Shown: positions 1 through 11,070, counted from the stretch's first letter. The stretch is 64,000 nucleotides of DNA from Acaryochloridaceae cyanobacterium VAR_48_metabat_390 (GCA_031422435.1 JANPLU010000112.1:52481-116480), one strand, 5' to 3'. Numbers and translations: made by a program. Notes: generated from the sequence alone by a model not told the origin.

Positions 1-1059
1 GCATTCTGGCCTTTTTTACTGTGGGGTACAACCGAGCAACATTGGGCATGGCGCAAAAAAGGCGTGGTGCTTTTTTTAGGGGGCGATCAATTTTCTGCCG
101 TCGCTATTGGCAAACGACTGGGCTACAAAATTGTGACCTATGTAGAGTGGACTGCCCGCTGGCTGCGCTGGATTGACGGGTGTGGCGTAACCCAAGCGAG
201 TGCAGTGCTGCAAGCTCCGACAAAATTTCAGCACAAAGTTCACGTTGTAGGCGACCTCATTGCTGAAGCGCAAGTGCTTCAGCCTTTGACGGAACCCATA
301 GAACAAACGCTAAATTTGTCCCCAGGCACAGAACTGGTGGGGCTGTTGCCAGGGTCCAAGTCTATAAAGCTGTCGCTGCTGCTGCCCATGGGAATGGCGA
401 TCGCCAATTATCTCCACCACATCCGTCCGCAGGTTCAAATGATGATTCCTGTTGCGCCCACGCTAACGCTGATAGAACTTTGCCACTACGCAGATCCTGG
501 CTTCAATGCTCTATTTGAGATTGTTCAGGGCGCTCAGGCTACCCTAGTAGAACCCAAAGACGGCTTACCTTACCTGCTTACAGCACAAGGCGCTCGTGTT
601 CTCCTGTGGCAGCGTGTACCCGCCTATGACCTCATGGCGCAGTGTCAGCTCTGCATTACAACCGTAGGGGCAAATACCGCAGAGCTTGCGTCTTTGGCTG
701 TACCGATGCTGGTGCTGCTGCCCACTCAACAACTGGATGCAATGCGCGCCTGGGATGGCATCCCAGGCTTACTCGCAAATCTGCCGCTGATCGGGTCAGG
801 GTTTGCCAAGCTCATTAATGCGCGGGTGCTGCGCCAAGGTTTGGGACTCAAGGCGTGGCCCAATATTTGGGCAGGTCGAGAGATTGTGCCGGAGTGGGTG
901 GGGCATATTTTGCCAGAGCCTGTGGGCGATCGCGTGGCAGCCCTTCTAGAGAATTCTGCACAGCTCAAACAAATGCAAAATGACCTCAAACAAGTTCGAG
1001 GCCAAGCTGGCGCAGCACAACGATTAAGCGCACTGGTCAAAAAAGTGTTGGAAGCGTAA
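1..1059 (+). CDS. Lipid-A-disaccharide synthase (LpxB)-like glycosyltransferase, 5' partial
   Basis: Frame is open from base 1. LLPGSK, TTVGANTAE and WPNIWAGREIVPE motifs match cyanobacterial LpxB-like proteins. Confidence 0.75.
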   Translation, partial: AFWPFLLWGTTEQHWAWRKKGVVLFLGGDQFSAVAIGKRLGYKIVTYVEWTARWLRWIDGCGVTQASAVLQAPTKFQHKVHVVGDLIAEAQVLQPLTEPIEQTLNLSPGTELVGLLPGSKSIKLSLLLPMGMAIANYLHHIRPQVQMMIPVAPTLTLIELCHYADPGFNALFEIVQGAQATLVEPKDGLPYLLTAQGARVLLWQRVPAYDLMAQCQLCITTVGANTAELASLAVPMLVLLPTQQLDAMRAWDGIPGLLANLPLIGSGFAKLINARVLRQGLGLKAWPNIWAGREIVPEWVGHILPEPVGDRVAALLENSAQLKQMQNDLKQVRGQAGAAQRLSALVKKVLEA

Positions 1060-1072
1060 AAGCCGGCAGGAA

Positions 1073-1684
1073 TTACTGCGGCTGACTTGAGACGTATCCG
1101 GGCTGACGCTGAGCCGTAAACATTGCCTGTAATACTAGGGCGGGGTCTACCAATTTATCCTGATACCTTAAAGTCCAGTGGAGGTGAGGTCCCGTGGTTC
1201 TTCCGGTCATGCCCACGCGACCAATCCGCTGCCCTGACTGAATCGACTGACCTTCATAAATTTTTAGACCACTCTCGCTGTCGGCCATAAAGCGACCCTG
1301 AGCGTCACGCCCGACAGAACCCATCATGTGACAGTAAACATGTATCCAGGAGCCAGACTGAATCCGAACGGAAGTACCACAGGCTGTATTGTCTGAAACT
1401 TCCACTACGCGACCATTCCACCATCCGCGAATGTAGCTACCCACGGGTGCCGCAAAGTCTAGTCCACTATGGAATTCTCTGGTATAGCCGCCTGTTGGCG
1501 AAGTTCGATAGCCAAAGGGGGACGTGTAGCCCTGAAAGTTTTCAACGACGAAAGAACCACTCCGCCAAATTTCTGCCCCCTGCCGCGAGGGGGTGCTATC
1601 TTCAAAGGCTTTAGTGGCTTGAGAAGAGAGGCTTAACGCCAACACACTTAAACCTAGTAAAGATACCCAACGGTTTCGCTTCAT
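1073..1684 (-). CDS. M23 family metallopeptidase with signal peptide
   Basis: HSGLD (HxxxD) and TGPHLHW (HxH) motifs; hydrophobic N-terminus. Confidence 0.9.
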   Translation of the reverse strand: MKRNRWVSLLGLSVLALSLSSQATKAFEDSTPSRQGAEIWRSGSFVVENFQGYTSPFGYRTSPTGGYTREFHSGLDFAAPVGSYIRGWWNGRVVEVSDNTACGTSVRIQSGSWIHVYCHMMGSVGRDAQGRFMADSESGLKIYEGQSIQSGQRIGRVGMTGRTTGPHLHWTLRYQDKLVDPALVLQAMFTAQRQPGYVSSQPQ

Positions 1685-2036
1685 CGTAAAAACTCCCTAA
1701 CACCCGGAATTGTCGTTTAGCGATTCATTCCTCTGGATAGCTCCAGAGGAAACGATAATAAAAAGCATGAGTTCCCTTATACCTATCTATTCGGCGGATG
1801 TCAATAGGCTAAATCGCCTTAAATCCTGTTGCTTTACGCATTCCGAAGGTTTTGCAATTAAGGCTTCAAGGTTTGACTTAACGCTTCGGTCTGCTCATGT
1901 TTTATCTGTATATAGATTAGATTTCCCCCAAAGTCTCTTAATCTGACAGATCTTCAAAACCTTTGACGTGAATCTGAGTTTCAACCTTAAAGGTGATATC
2001 ACTAAGATAGAAGTAAGGTTTTGCAGCTAATGCCCG

Positions 2037-2414
2037 ATGAACTATCCGCGTCACACCATTCAGCGAGCCAGACGGGCGATCGTCTGTAGTCCGTTTTGCA
2101 AGGCTCTCTTTGCCCAGATGACCTTTGAAAGCGTGGCGCTTATGGATGTGGCGGGTGCCTCTGGAATTGCCCATCACTATACGCAGAAGGCATTACCGGA
2201 GAGGGTTGTAGAGCGATCGCTACTCTGGCTGATTCAGGTGGGGCTACTGCGGCGTGAGGTAGATGGACAGGGCTTAACAGACAGCTTTCGCCTCACGCCC
2301 TTAGGTCGGCTGTTGATGGAGCAGTGGCAGCAGCAGGGCGACGGCTTTCGGCGGGTGTCTTGGGGCGATCGCCTCCAAAACTTTTTGCAGCGACTGCTGA
2401 GCGGTACGGTCTAG
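2037..2414 (+). CDS. Conserved cyanobacterial protein (Npun_F0494-like)
   Basis: LLWLIQVGLLRREVDGQGLTDSFRLTPLG motif; abuts cobQ. Confidence 0.75.
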   Translation: MNYPRHTIQRARRAIVCSPFCKALFAQMTFESVALMDVAGASGIAHHYTQKALPERVVERSLLWLIQVGLLRREVDGQGLTDSFRLTPLGRLLMEQWQQQGDGFRRVSWGDRLQNFLQRLLSGTV

Positions 2415-3917
2415 GTGACGAAATCTATCATGGTGGTAGGCACCACTTCCCATGCGGGGAAGTCGATGCTGACGGCGGTGATTTGCCGACTGCTAATGCG
2501 CCGCGGGGTTCGCGTCTCGCCGTTTAAGGGGCAAAACATGGCGCTGAATGCCTACGTGACCCACGAAGGCTTGGAGATGGGTCATGCCCAGGCGGTGCAG
2601 GCTTGGGCGGCGGGGGTAAAACCCCAAATTGCGATGAACCCAATTTTGCTGAAGCCCCAGGGCAATATGACCTCTCAAGTCATTATTAAAGGGCAGTCTG
2701 TGGGGCAGGTGCAGGCCGCAGACTACTATCGGCTGTATTTTGACCAAGGCTGGCAGGCGATTGTGGAGTCTTTAGAAACCCTACAACAGTCCTTTGACTG
2801 GATTGTGTGTGAGGGCGCTGGCAGCCCCGCAGAAATTAACCTGAAGCACCGTGACTTAACCAACATGCGAGTTGCAAAGCATCTCAACGCGGCGACGCTG
2901 TTGGTTGCCGATATTGATCGAGGCGGGGTGTTTGCTCACATTGTGGGCACGTTGGAACTGCTCGACCCCGATGAGCGGGCGTTGATTAAGGGGTTTGTCA
3001 TTAATAAGTTTAGAGGACAGCGATCGCTCCTAGAATCTGGCTTAACCTGGCTAGAAGAGCGAACGGGCATTCCGGTGGTGGGGGTGATTCCGTGGGTCGA
3101 TGAGGTGTTTCCATCAGAGGATTCGCTGAGTTTGCTAGAGCGGCCTGTGTGGGGGGAGGTGAGGGACATTACCATTGCGGTCATTCGACTGCCTCGTGTG
3201 GCAAATTTTACGGATTTTGACCCTCTAGAGGCGGAACCAACGGTGCAGGTGCGCTACGTGATGCCAGGTCAATCTCTAGGCAACCCTGACGCGGTGATTG
3301 TGCCTGGTTCTAAAACCACGATCGCAGATATGCAGGTGCTGCACGAGTGTGGCTTGGCAGCTCAAATTCAGGTGTTTGCGAAGGCTGGCGGCATGGTGCT
3401 AGGAATTTGTGGCGGGTTTCAGATGCTGGGAGAGGCGATCGCCGATCTTCAGGGCATTGAGGGGATTGCAACCACGGTACCAGGGTTGAGTCTTCTGCCG
3501 ATTAAGACAGAAATGGCGCCTGCAAAGGTAACGCGGCAAAGAACAACGCAGGCGATCGCTTTACCAGCGCACTGGTGTCAGTTTGGGGCGGCTACGGAAG
3601 AGATTTACGGCTACGAAATTCATCAGGGGCAAACGCAGATTTTGGATAATACCAAGGTTGCGCCGCTATTTACAGACCCGATGTTAGGACTAGCGAATCT
3701 AGAAACAAGCGTTATGGGTACATACCTCCACGATTTGTTTGGCAATGGTTCTTGGCGACGTTTGTGGCTCAATCAGCTCAGGCAGCGGAAAGGTCTATCG
3801 CCCCTCAACACTCAGATCGCGAACTACTCAGTCCAGCGCGATCAGGTCTTGGATAACATTACGGATGCGGTTGCCCCTCATTTAGACTTATCTCGGTTCT
3901 TTGAGTTGAGGCAATAA
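2415..3917 (+). CDS. cobQ: Cobyric acid synthase
   Basis: GTTSHAGKS, PFKGQNMALN, EGAGSPAEINL, GICGGFQMLG and GTYLH motifs. Confidence 0.97.
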   Translation: MTKSIMVVGTTSHAGKSMLTAVICRLLMRRGVRVSPFKGQNMALNAYVTHEGLEMGHAQAVQAWAAGVKPQIAMNPILLKPQGNMTSQVIIKGQSVGQVQAADYYRLYFDQGWQAIVESLETLQQSFDWIVCEGAGSPAEINLKHRDLTNMRVAKHLNAATLLVADIDRGGVFAHIVGTLELLDPDERALIKGFVINKFRGQRSLLESGLTWLEERTGIPVVGVIPWVDEVFPSEDSLSLLERPVWGEVRDITIAVIRLPRVANFTDFDPLEAEPTVQVRYVMPGQSLGNPDAVIVPGSKTTIADMQVLHECGLAAQIQVFAKAGGMVLGICGGFQMLGEAIADLQGIEGIATTVPGLSLLPIKTEMAPAKVTRQRTTQAIALPAHWCQFGAATEEIYGYEIHQGQTQILDNTKVAPLFTDPMLGLANLETSVMGTYLHDLFGNGSWRRLWLNQLRQRKGLSPLNTQIANYSVQRDQVLDNITDAVAPHLDLSRFFELRQ

Positions 3918-3963
3918 CGTTCGGCAAAACCAATGCTGGCTTAGTCCTTGGAGGGCATTTTAC

Positions 3964-4641
3964 CTAGCATTGATAGTGACCCCAGAGAATGAAATGGTGA
4001 TCGCCGACAGGTTTCATCTCCAAATATTCAAGGTGAGCTTGCTCAACCTGCACCTGAATTTCTTCAAGGCTATAGGCTGCCAAAAGCGAATTATAAAAAT
4101 CGCGGCGCAAAATTTCTGGTTCGTTGGCAGTGTATTGATTAACGAGCTGGGCGGCAGTTTCAGCGCAATGGGGGCGCGTCAAATCCATCACAAAAATTGC
4201 GGTGTTGGGCTTGGCCCACCGATGGACAGATTGCCACAACACCCTTGGGTCTGCGAGGTGGTGCAGCAAACTGTTCGAGAAGATGAGATCGTAAGGTGCG
4301 CGGGGTGCATCTCCGTCTGGCAAGTAGGTTTGATGAAGGGTAATTTGTGCGGTTAAGCCCGCCTGCCCAACCGCTTCATAACCGTAGTGCAGCATAGCGG
4401 CGGAACCGTCTAGACCATCGATTGTCCAGTCTGGTAACGCACGGGCGAGGCGAAGCGTCACATCGCCCGTGCCACAGCCGAGATCTAAAGCTACGCCCGT
4501 CTGGGGCAAGTCGGGAAGGAAGTGTTGCAGCAGCTCAATGCAGTGAGCGTGGGGTGCGGCAAAGTCTGCTTCGGCATAGGCACGCGCTTGCTCGACCTCA
4601 TTCATTAGTTCTGGTTCTGGGATGCGCTCCATAAAAGTCAT
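3964..4641 (-). CDS. Class I SAM-dependent methyltransferase
   Basis: LDLGCGTG and SNSLLHH motifs. Probable start is MTFMERIPEPELM (4641 or 4632). Confidence 0.85.
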   Translation of the reverse strand: MTFMERIPEPELMNEVEQARAYAEADFAAPHAHCIELLQHFLPDLPQTGVALDLGCGTGDVTLRLARALPDWTIDGLDGSAAMLHYGYEAVGQAGLTAQITLHQTYLPDGDAPRAPYDLIFSNSLLHHLADPRVLWQSVHRWAKPNTAIFVMDLTRPHCAETAAQLVNQYTANEPEILRRDFYNSLLAAYSLEEIQVQVEQAHLEYLEMKPVGDHHFILWGHYQC

Positions 4642-4791
4642 GTTATCCAAACGTCTGCTTCCGCATTCTAGCGATGCGGCTGGTTTTAGGAATATCAACC
4701 TATTCGGTCAAAAAGAAGACCTAGGGCTGTGGGCAACTCATCGCCTATTTATTCGCTGGCGATCGCGGGTTTCATAGCCCTTAATCTGCCT

Positions 4792-5631
4792 CTATTTTAC
4801 AAACTTAGTGCGAGCCTGCTGTGTTTGCGTGAGCGCTTGCTCCACTTGTTCCCAATGGTTTTGCTCAATCAGCGTTGTGAACTGATCCAGTGCTTGACGA
4901 TACTGATAGAGCGATCGCAGCAGTTCTTCGCGGTTATATTGCGCCATCATCCGACCCAGCTCTGGGTTGCCGCCCCCCACGCGACTGGTATCGCAAAAGC
5001 CAGAACTGGCAAGGGCTTGAGCTAAAGCTAACGTGGTAGGGTCTGACTCCTGTTGACAGGCAGCAATAAGACTCGCGCTCACCATCACAGGTAAGTGCGA
5101 AATCTGGGCAACAGCGCGATCGTGCTGAGCCGGAGAACATTCGCAATAAAGGCTCTGGAGCGTTTGGATGAGTTCTGTCAGCGTTGCGATCGCCGCCGCA
5201 TCTGTTTGCGCGGTGGGGGTCAACACATAGGGACGCTCAATAAACAGCCCTGACTGAGCAGAGGCAATTCCTGCTGTTTCCTTACCTGCCATCGGATGCC
5301 CCCCCACAAATCGAGGCCATAACGGCTCTAGCGTCTCTACCACCGATGCTTTCACAGAGCCAACATCCGTCAGAATAGCTGTGGGCAACAGGTAAGGAAT
5401 AGCCGCCTGAGTGGTCTGCTGCATTACCCCCAGTGGCGTACACAAAAACACCACTTCAGTGCGGCTGAGAAGCGAGAAATCTGCTCCGGCCTGGTCTACA
5501 GTACCCAGGGCGATCGCCGTTTCACAGGTTGTTTTCTGACGACTCACCCCAATCACAGAATGGCCTGCTGCTCGAAAATCAAGCCCTAAAGAGCCTCCAA
5601 TTAATCCAAGGCCAATAATGCCAATGTCCAT
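4792..5631 (-). CDS. tyrA: Prephenate/arogenate dehydrogenase
   Basis: GLGLIGGS, DVGSVK, GGHPMAG, ISHLP and DTSRVGGGNPELG motifs. Confidence 0.93.
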   Translation of the reverse strand: MDIGIIGLGLIGGSLGLDFRAAGHSVIGVSRQKTTCETAIALGTVDQAGADFSLLSRTEVVFLCTPLGVMQQTTQAAIPYLLPTAILTDVGSVKASVVETLEPLWPRFVGGHPMAGKETAGIASAQSGLFIERPYVLTPTAQTDAAAIATLTELIQTLQSLYCECSPAQHDRAVAQISHLPVMVSASLIAACQQESDPTTLALAQALASSGFCDTSRVGGGNPELGRMMAQYNREELLRSLYQYRQALDQFTTLIEQNHWEQVEQALTQTQQARTKFVK

Positions 5632-5882
5632 AGCGCCAATATCTATAAAATCTATTTTGCGTAAACCCTGAGGGTCTGTTATTTCATGAAGTTAACTCGG
5701 GTTGCAGCAGATTTAACCTGAGGCCTCTCGAGGCGTCTCAGGAAAGTCTCCCCTATGAACGCTATCTCATCCATCCTAACGTCGCGTTCTCAAATCTACT
5801 CAAGACAGAAAAATAGATTTATCGGTGCTCACGCTGAGTTTTAGACTACAGTGCTGGGTGTGCCCTGCAAGCCCTATTACCC

Positions 5883-6704
5883 ATGCCAGAAGGTCCCGAA
5901 ATTAAGCGAGCTGCCGATAAAATTGCAGCGGTGCTCATCCAGCATCCTGTGAAAGAAGTGTGGTTTGCCTTTGATCATCTCAAGCATTATGAAGAAGCAT
6001 TCATAGCTCAAGACATTATTGCGATTGAGCCGAGAGGCAAAGCTCTTTTAACTCGCTTTGGCAATGGTCTTAGTATCTACAGCCACAACCAGCTTTACGG
6101 TAAATGGGTGATGAGAAGTGCCTATAGCTATCCCCAAACCAATCGGCAGCTTCGGTTAGCCATTCACAACTCCCGTAAATCAGCCCTGCTCTACAGCGCT
6201 TCAGATATTGAGGTTTTAGATGAAGCAGCGATCGCCATCCACCCTTTTCTCACGCGCTTAGGTCCAGACGTATTGAGTGACGCAATTGCCATCGAAACCA
6301 TTCAGTCTCTCCTCATCAACCCTACCTTTCGTCGGCGTCGATTTACCACCCTGCTGCTCGATCAGCATTTTTTGGCGGGGCTAGGAAACTACCTTCGCAG
6401 CGAGATCCCGTTTGTGGCAAGAGTACATCCATCACGGCGACCTATAGACTGTTCAGAGGCGCAGTTGTTTGCACTGGCAGAAGCGGCGATCGCCATTCCG
6501 CTGCGGTCTTACCAAACGGGCGGCATTACCAATGACCCTGAAATAGCAGCAACTTTAAAAGCAAGGGGACTACGGCGATCGCAGTATCGCCACTGGGTGT
6601 TTAGCCGCGCCAACCAGCCTTGTTTTGTGTGCGGAACCCTGATTGTGAAAGACGTTGCAGGGGCACGACGATACTACTATTGCCCAACATGCCAGCCCCT
6701 CTGA
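5883..6704 (+). CDS. nei: Endonuclease VIII (Fpg/Nei DNA glycosylase)
   Basis: N-terminal MPEGPE, SHNQLYGKW, GLGNYLRSE and a C-terminal C4 zinc finger. Confidence 0.92.
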   Translation: MPEGPEIKRAADKIAAVLIQHPVKEVWFAFDHLKHYEEAFIAQDIIAIEPRGKALLTRFGNGLSIYSHNQLYGKWVMRSAYSYPQTNRQLRLAIHNSRKSALLYSASDIEVLDEAAIAIHPFLTRLGPDVLSDAIAIETIQSLLINPTFRRRRFTTLLLDQHFLAGLGNYLRSEIPFVARVHPSRRPIDCSEAQLFALAEAAIAIPLRSYQTGGITNDPEIAATLKARGLRRSQYRHWVFSRANQPCFVCGTLIVKDVAGARRYYYCPTCQPL

Positions 6705-6713
6705 TTAGCCCTT

Positions 6714-7256
6714 CTAACCCACAGGTGCAGACTGCGCAAGGCTATACCGAGATTGCTCAGTCCAGTGCGCGACATCTGACCACCCCTCAGAACCAGGCAT
6801 CACCACTTTAACTGTATCAAAGGTAACGGTCTGTACAGACACGACAAAGCGCAGCATTGCCAGTCGCTTTTGCTCAATGGGGATATCTTTATACATTAGG
6901 CTGAGGTGAGGTTCTAGAAGATATTCCTTTGGCGCAGAGAGGCGATCGCAAATTGCGCAAGAAAGTTGAGACAGGCGCTCAACAGAGGCAAACGTAATAA
7001 AGCCAGTCTTAAAAAAATTGGCTGTATAGTTTAGCCCCATTACCTCTAGTGTAATGGGTGAAGCTGGAGCCACAGATTCAGCAATAATCTCGCCCAGGTT
7101 CTCTGATGGCTGAATCTCACCGCTATAGAGCGTAACGTGGGGTTCAAAAACGGGAGTACGATACTCTGCGGCGTAGTCTTGAATGACCTTCGACAGCCAG
7201 CGGCGATCGCTAGGTGCGGGAATTAACCAAACCGCAAAAGGTGCAGTATCAGCCAT
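6714..7256 (-). CDS. 2H phosphoesterase / cyclic nucleotide phosphodiesterase-like protein
   Basis: Two Hx[T/S]x motifs (PHVTL, PHLSL). Confidence 0.8.
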   Translation of the reverse strand: MADTAPFAVWLIPAPSDRRWLSKVIQDYAAEYRTPVFEPHVTLYSGEIQPSENLGEIIAESVAPASPITLEVMGLNYTANFFKTGFITFASVERLSQLSCAICDRLSAPKEYLLEPHLSLMYKDIPIEQKRLAMLRFVVSVQTVTFDTVKVVMPGSEGWSDVAHWTEQSRYSLAQSAPVG

Positions 7257-7386
7257 CGCTATTTTTCCCTGGTTTCATAACTGTTTCCTTGCCCTCCACT
7301 GTAGAAGGGTTTGCAGCAATAAAGCTTGTGTCCTCGCTGATACAAGCTTTACGTTTTATTAAAGCGGCAGCAGCGGCGGCGGGTCT

Positions 7387-8790
7387 CTAAATCAACTGCC
7401 GTACATCCGTCACTTGCCCCGCAATGGCTGCCGCTGCCACCATGGCTGGACTCATCAGCAGTGTGCGACCCGAGGCAGAACCCTGCCGCCCTTTAAAGTT
7501 ACGATTCGACGACGATGCGCTCATTTGACGACCTTCTAATTTATCTGGGTTCATTGCCAAACACATTGAACAGCCTGGTTCGCGCCACTCAAACCCTGCC
7601 TCTACAAATACCCGATCTAAACCCTCTGCCTCTGCCTGCTGCTTAACCTGTTCTGACCCAGGCACCACAAACGCCTTAATACCTGCTGCCACTTGATGTC
7701 CCTGGGCAATCTTTGCCGCCTCCCGCAGGTCGCTAATGCGTCCATTCGTACAGCTACCAATAAAGCAAACGTCAATCTTAGTCCCCAAAATCGGAATCCC
7801 TGGCGCTAAGTCCATGTACTGATAGGCGTCTTGAGCAATGGGTCGCTCGGCTTCGGGCAGCATTTCTGGGACAGGGATGCTTTCATCTACGCCAATCCCC
7901 TGGCTGGGCGTAATGCCCCAGGTAATCGTGGGCGCAATCTCAGCGGCGTTAAATACCACCACATCGTCATAAACTGCATCGGCTTCGCTTTTAAGGCTTG
8001 TCCACCAAGTTACGGCTTTCTCCCAGTCAGATCCTTTGGGCGCAAACTCGCGGTCTTTGAGATAGTCAAACGTGACCTGATCGGGGTTAACGTAGCCACA
8101 TCGCGCACCCCCTTCGATCGCCATATTGCAGACGGTCATGCGCTCTTCCATGTTCATCTGCTCAAAGGTGGTGCCCCCAAACTCATAGGCATGACCGACA
8201 CCACCCTGAACCCCCAGTTTCCGAATGATATGCAAAATCACGTCTTTGGCATAAACGCCCTGTTGTAGCGTTCCATTCACTTCTACGCGGCGAACCTTCA
8301 GCTTTGCTAAAGCGAGGGTCTGAGAGGCCAAGACATCCCGTACTTGGCTGGTGCCAATACCAAAGGCGATCGCCCCAAAGGCTCCATGAGTGGAGGTATG
8401 ACTATCGCCACAGGCAATGGTCATTCCAGGTTGGGTCAGCCCTAACTCAGGGGCTATGACGTGGACAATCCCTTGATTGCCAGACCCCACGTTATAGAAG
8501 CGAATCTTGTGCTGTTGGCAGTTTTGTTCTAACGCCCGCATCATGGCTTCTGCAAGCGGGTCTGCAAAGGGACGAGCCTGGTTTTCGGTCGGTACAATGT
8601 GATCAACGGTAGCGACGGTACGCTCTGGATAAAGCACCTTAAGATTACGATCCTTTAGCATTGCAAAGGCTTGAGGGGTCGTTACCTCGTGAATCAGATG
8701 CAGGCCAATAAACAGTTGAGTTTGACCAGACGGCAAGGTTCGCACTGTGTGCAGGTTCCAAACTTTATCGAACAACGTGCCTTGGCTCAT
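7387..8790 (-). CDS. leuC: 3-isopropylmalate dehydratase large subunit
   Basis: [37 protein letters not shown] and [10 protein letters not shown] motifs. Confidence 0.97.
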   Translation of the reverse strand: MSQGTLFDKVWNLHTVRTLPSGQTQLFIGLHLIHEVTTPQAFAMLKDRNLKVLYPERTVATVDHIVPTENQARPFADPLAEAMMRALEQNCQQHKIRFYNVGSGNQGIVHVIAPELGLTQPGMTIACGDSHTSTHGAFGAIAFGIGTSQVRDVLASQTLALAKLKVRRVEVNGTLQQGVYAKDVILHIIRKLGVQGGVGHAYEFGGTTFEQMNMEERMTVCNMAIEGGARCGYVNPDQVTFDYLKDREFAPKGSDWEKAVTWWTSLKSEADAVYDDVVVFNAAEIAPTITWGITPSQGIGVDESIPVPEMLPEAERPIAQDAYQYMDLAPGIPILGTKIDVCFIGSCTNGRISDLREAAKIAQGHQVAAGIKAFVVPGSEQVKQQAEAEGLDRVFVEAGFEWREPGCSMCLAMNPDKLEGRQMSASSSNRNFKGRQGSASGRTLLMSPAMVAAAAIAGQVTDVRQLI

Positions 8791-8981
8791 AGTTTTGGTC
8801 AAACTCTATACCGCTTAGAACCTAGATTTTAGCTCAAAGCTGTCGGTGCTTGACTCAATTTTGACGTAGGGTTCTCTCGCTAATTTCCCTGTTTATCTTG
8901 ACGGGCTAATGCTTTGAGGCTGTGGTTTCCAGCTTTGCCTATTTGCAACTTCACTAAGGCTATGGTAGTTTTAATATCTAC

Positions 8982-9055
8982 GGACGCATAGCTCAGTTGG
9001 TTAGAGCACCACGTTGACATCGTGGGGGTCTCCCGTTCGAGTCGGGATGTGTCCA
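8982..9055 (+). tRNA. tRNA-Val(GAC)
   Basis: Acceptor stem GGACGCA/TGTGTCC, D-arm TAGCTCAGTTGGTTAGAGC, anticodon arm CCACG-TTGACAT-CGTGG, T-loop GTTCGAG; CCA not encoded. Confidence 0.97.
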
Positions 9056-9196
9056 TTGGTTGGGGAACCATATACGGTAAGGCTTTTGGGAGTTCTAAAC
9101 AACTTCTGAAGGTCTGCTTTGCTGTCAATAAGGCAATGAGACTAGGCCGTTAAGGGTTGTTTGGGGCGTTAAACTTATCCCGAAATTTACCCCGCT

Positions 9197-9245
9197 ATGT
9201 CAGCAGTCACAATTGAAACCCACGACGGACGGTATCGGCTCGTTT
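9197..9245 (+). pseudogene. Possible N-terminal stub of a tyrosine integrase (arm-binding domain start)
   Basis: MSAVTIETHDGRYRL resembles the start of cyanobacterial tRNA-targeting integrases; about 140 bp downstream of the tRNA. Confidence 0.35.
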
Positions 9246-9486
9246 TGCAGACGATTGCTCCTACCATCCGCGCTTTTCTAGCTTTTCGACACCTTCGCCG
9301 GATGCTGCCAGCTCTGGCGCCAAGCTCCCCCACAGGCCAACGACCGCGATCGCCATTTTTTCCCTCTCTATCAGCTACTGGATAATTCGCTCTATCAGAG
9401 AACCGTCCTAAACCCTATCAATCAGGTTTCATCTTGGTCGGGGTTTATCTGGCTAAAGAACGCTAGTGGCGATCGCGTTCGGTGGC

Positions 9487-9699
9487 CTAAGCCTTTTTGC
9501 TCGGAGAGGCTTGCGGTGTCTTGACCAGATCTAAGGCGTACATTGCTAAGGGTGCCCCTAACATCATTGCCAGCCCAAACGCGACCCATCGCCACAGCGC
9601 TTTTTTGGAGCGGCCTTTTGTTGGAAACTCGCAGCTCAAGCAAATGTCTGCATGTTCACTATTCAATGTCCCACATTCTTTGCAAGGCACTAAAGCCAT
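9487..9699 (-). CDS. Small zinc-ribbon membrane protein
   Basis: CKECG...CLSC followed by one transmembrane segment. Confidence 0.7.
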   Translation of the reverse strand: MALVPCKECGTLNSEHADICLSCEFPTKGRSKKALWRWVAFGLAMMLGAPLAMYALDLVKTPQASPSKKA

Positions 9700-9712
9700 A
9701 AGTTAAACCTAA

Positions 9713-9973
9713 TTAACTAACCAAAACTGCTGCTATTCCTTCAGTCTCATGTACTGCGTCCCAGTTAATCAATGCGACCCACAGATGCTCTTCGTCAGAA
9801 TACTGCACGACACCATCCGCTTCTAAGTCTTCACTATAAAGCGTCAATGGCTGACCATCCCATAGTTCGATATGCAAACGACTCAGATCTTGAATTGTCC
9901 CTACACAATTTAAGCGTAGCCGACCCTTTACGTCAGCATTGTGAAAGTCAGCATAGATTTTTGGATAACGCAT
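9713..9973 (-). CDS. Conserved hypothetical protein
   Basis: 86-aa ORF (ADFHNADVKGRLRLNCVGT) with an upstream GGAGG RBS. Confidence 0.7.
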   Translation of the reverse strand: MRYPKIYADFHNADVKGRLRLNCVGTIQDLSRLHIELWDGQPLTLYSEDLEADGVVQYSDEEHLWVALINWDAVHETEGIAAVLVS

Positions 9974-10137
9974 TAAAAACCTCCGATTCCAAACGATTCT
10001 TACCGTCTCTTGCGATCAAAGCTTCATCTGGAATTCTGTCTACGGTTAACTATACGATGGCTGTTCACCGGAGGGCGATGCACCTTGGCTCAAAACTAAT
10101 CGCGTTAGCTTTTTTGCGTCCACTCGCTTAGTTGGAT

Positions 10138-11070
10138 CTATGGTGTGGACTCATACTCTTCGTCAATTTCTTCTGACATCTTTTTTATATGCTTAACTTG
10201 TTCATGCAGAAAAGATGCAAAAATATAAGCATCTTCATCATTTAGTTTTGAATTTTTCTTGCATTTAAAATATTGTTCTAGCTCAGTCATAGGATATATG
10301 ACTTTTTTGTAGTGGTAATTAATTGACTCACAAGCATCCCATTCTCCTCTCTTTACGAGTTCTACCTTGAATTTTTCAATACATTCTTTGATTAACTGAA
10401 GTGAAGAATTTCCGAGATTATATCTTTTGCTGTGATAAGTCGCCTCAAGCACTTTGCCAAAATGGTAGTTTAACGTAGTTGGGAGTAAATCAGCTAACTC
10501 GGTACCTCTATGTTTATTTCTATGTTCCATTTCTTGATTTTCTAATTCAGTAATTACCTTTTTTAGGACTTCACCCAGATATTGTTTTTGTATTTTAATT
10601 AAATTGGGGATGTCAACGGGAATCATTTCATCGTCTCTGTCATCTGAATATACAATCGTCAAATCAAAGTTTGTAGGAGAAATTGATATCCTTGTAATGA
10701 AGCATGACTTTAAAAGCTTATTTTCTTTTTGTTGACCTGGATGCCCAGCAGCGCTATTTCTGATAATTCTGATATGCTCTAAATCTGTTGGAAGTTCAAC
10801 CTTTATCCCTAAAGAAGCACCAATATTTTTAGCGGCATCTTGCTGTAGAAGTAGAGTCTGCAAAATTCCATAAATAATGAGATAACTAGCTCCATTGTCT
10901 TGCGTATTGCACAAGCTTGGATATGATAAGATAGCTAGCTCTGTGTCGCCAATCAAATCTAGTGAGCTACATAATTTATTCCATTCAGAAGAATCTAAAA
11001 GTAGAGCTGATTGTTTCCTGCCGCTGTTAATAAAATCTCTTATTCGTTCCTCAAGTTGAGATATCGTCAT
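10138..11070 (-). CDS. Hypothetical protein, AT-rich, likely horizontally acquired
   Basis: 310-aa ORF, low GC, no HIP1. Contains an RNSAAGH (Rx4-6H) motif. Confidence 0.75.
   Translation of the reverse strand: MTISQLEERIRDFINSGRKQSALLLDSSEWNKLCSSLDLIGDTELAILSYPSLCNTQDNGASYLIIYGILQTLLLQQDAAKNIGASLGIKVELPTDLEHIRIIRNSAAGHPGQQKENKLLKSCFITRISISPTNFDLTIVYSDDRDDEMIPVDIPNLIKIQKQYLGEVLKKVITELENQEMEHRNKHRGTELADLLPTTLNYHFGKVLEATYHSKRYNLGNSSLQLIKECIEKFKVELVKRGEWDACESINYHYKKVIYPMTELEQYFKCKKNSKLNDEDAYIFASFLHEQVKHIKKMSEEIDEEYESTP

Noticed and set aside
8880..9128. 82-aa minus-strand ORF
   Set aside because: Antisense shadow of tRNA-Val.
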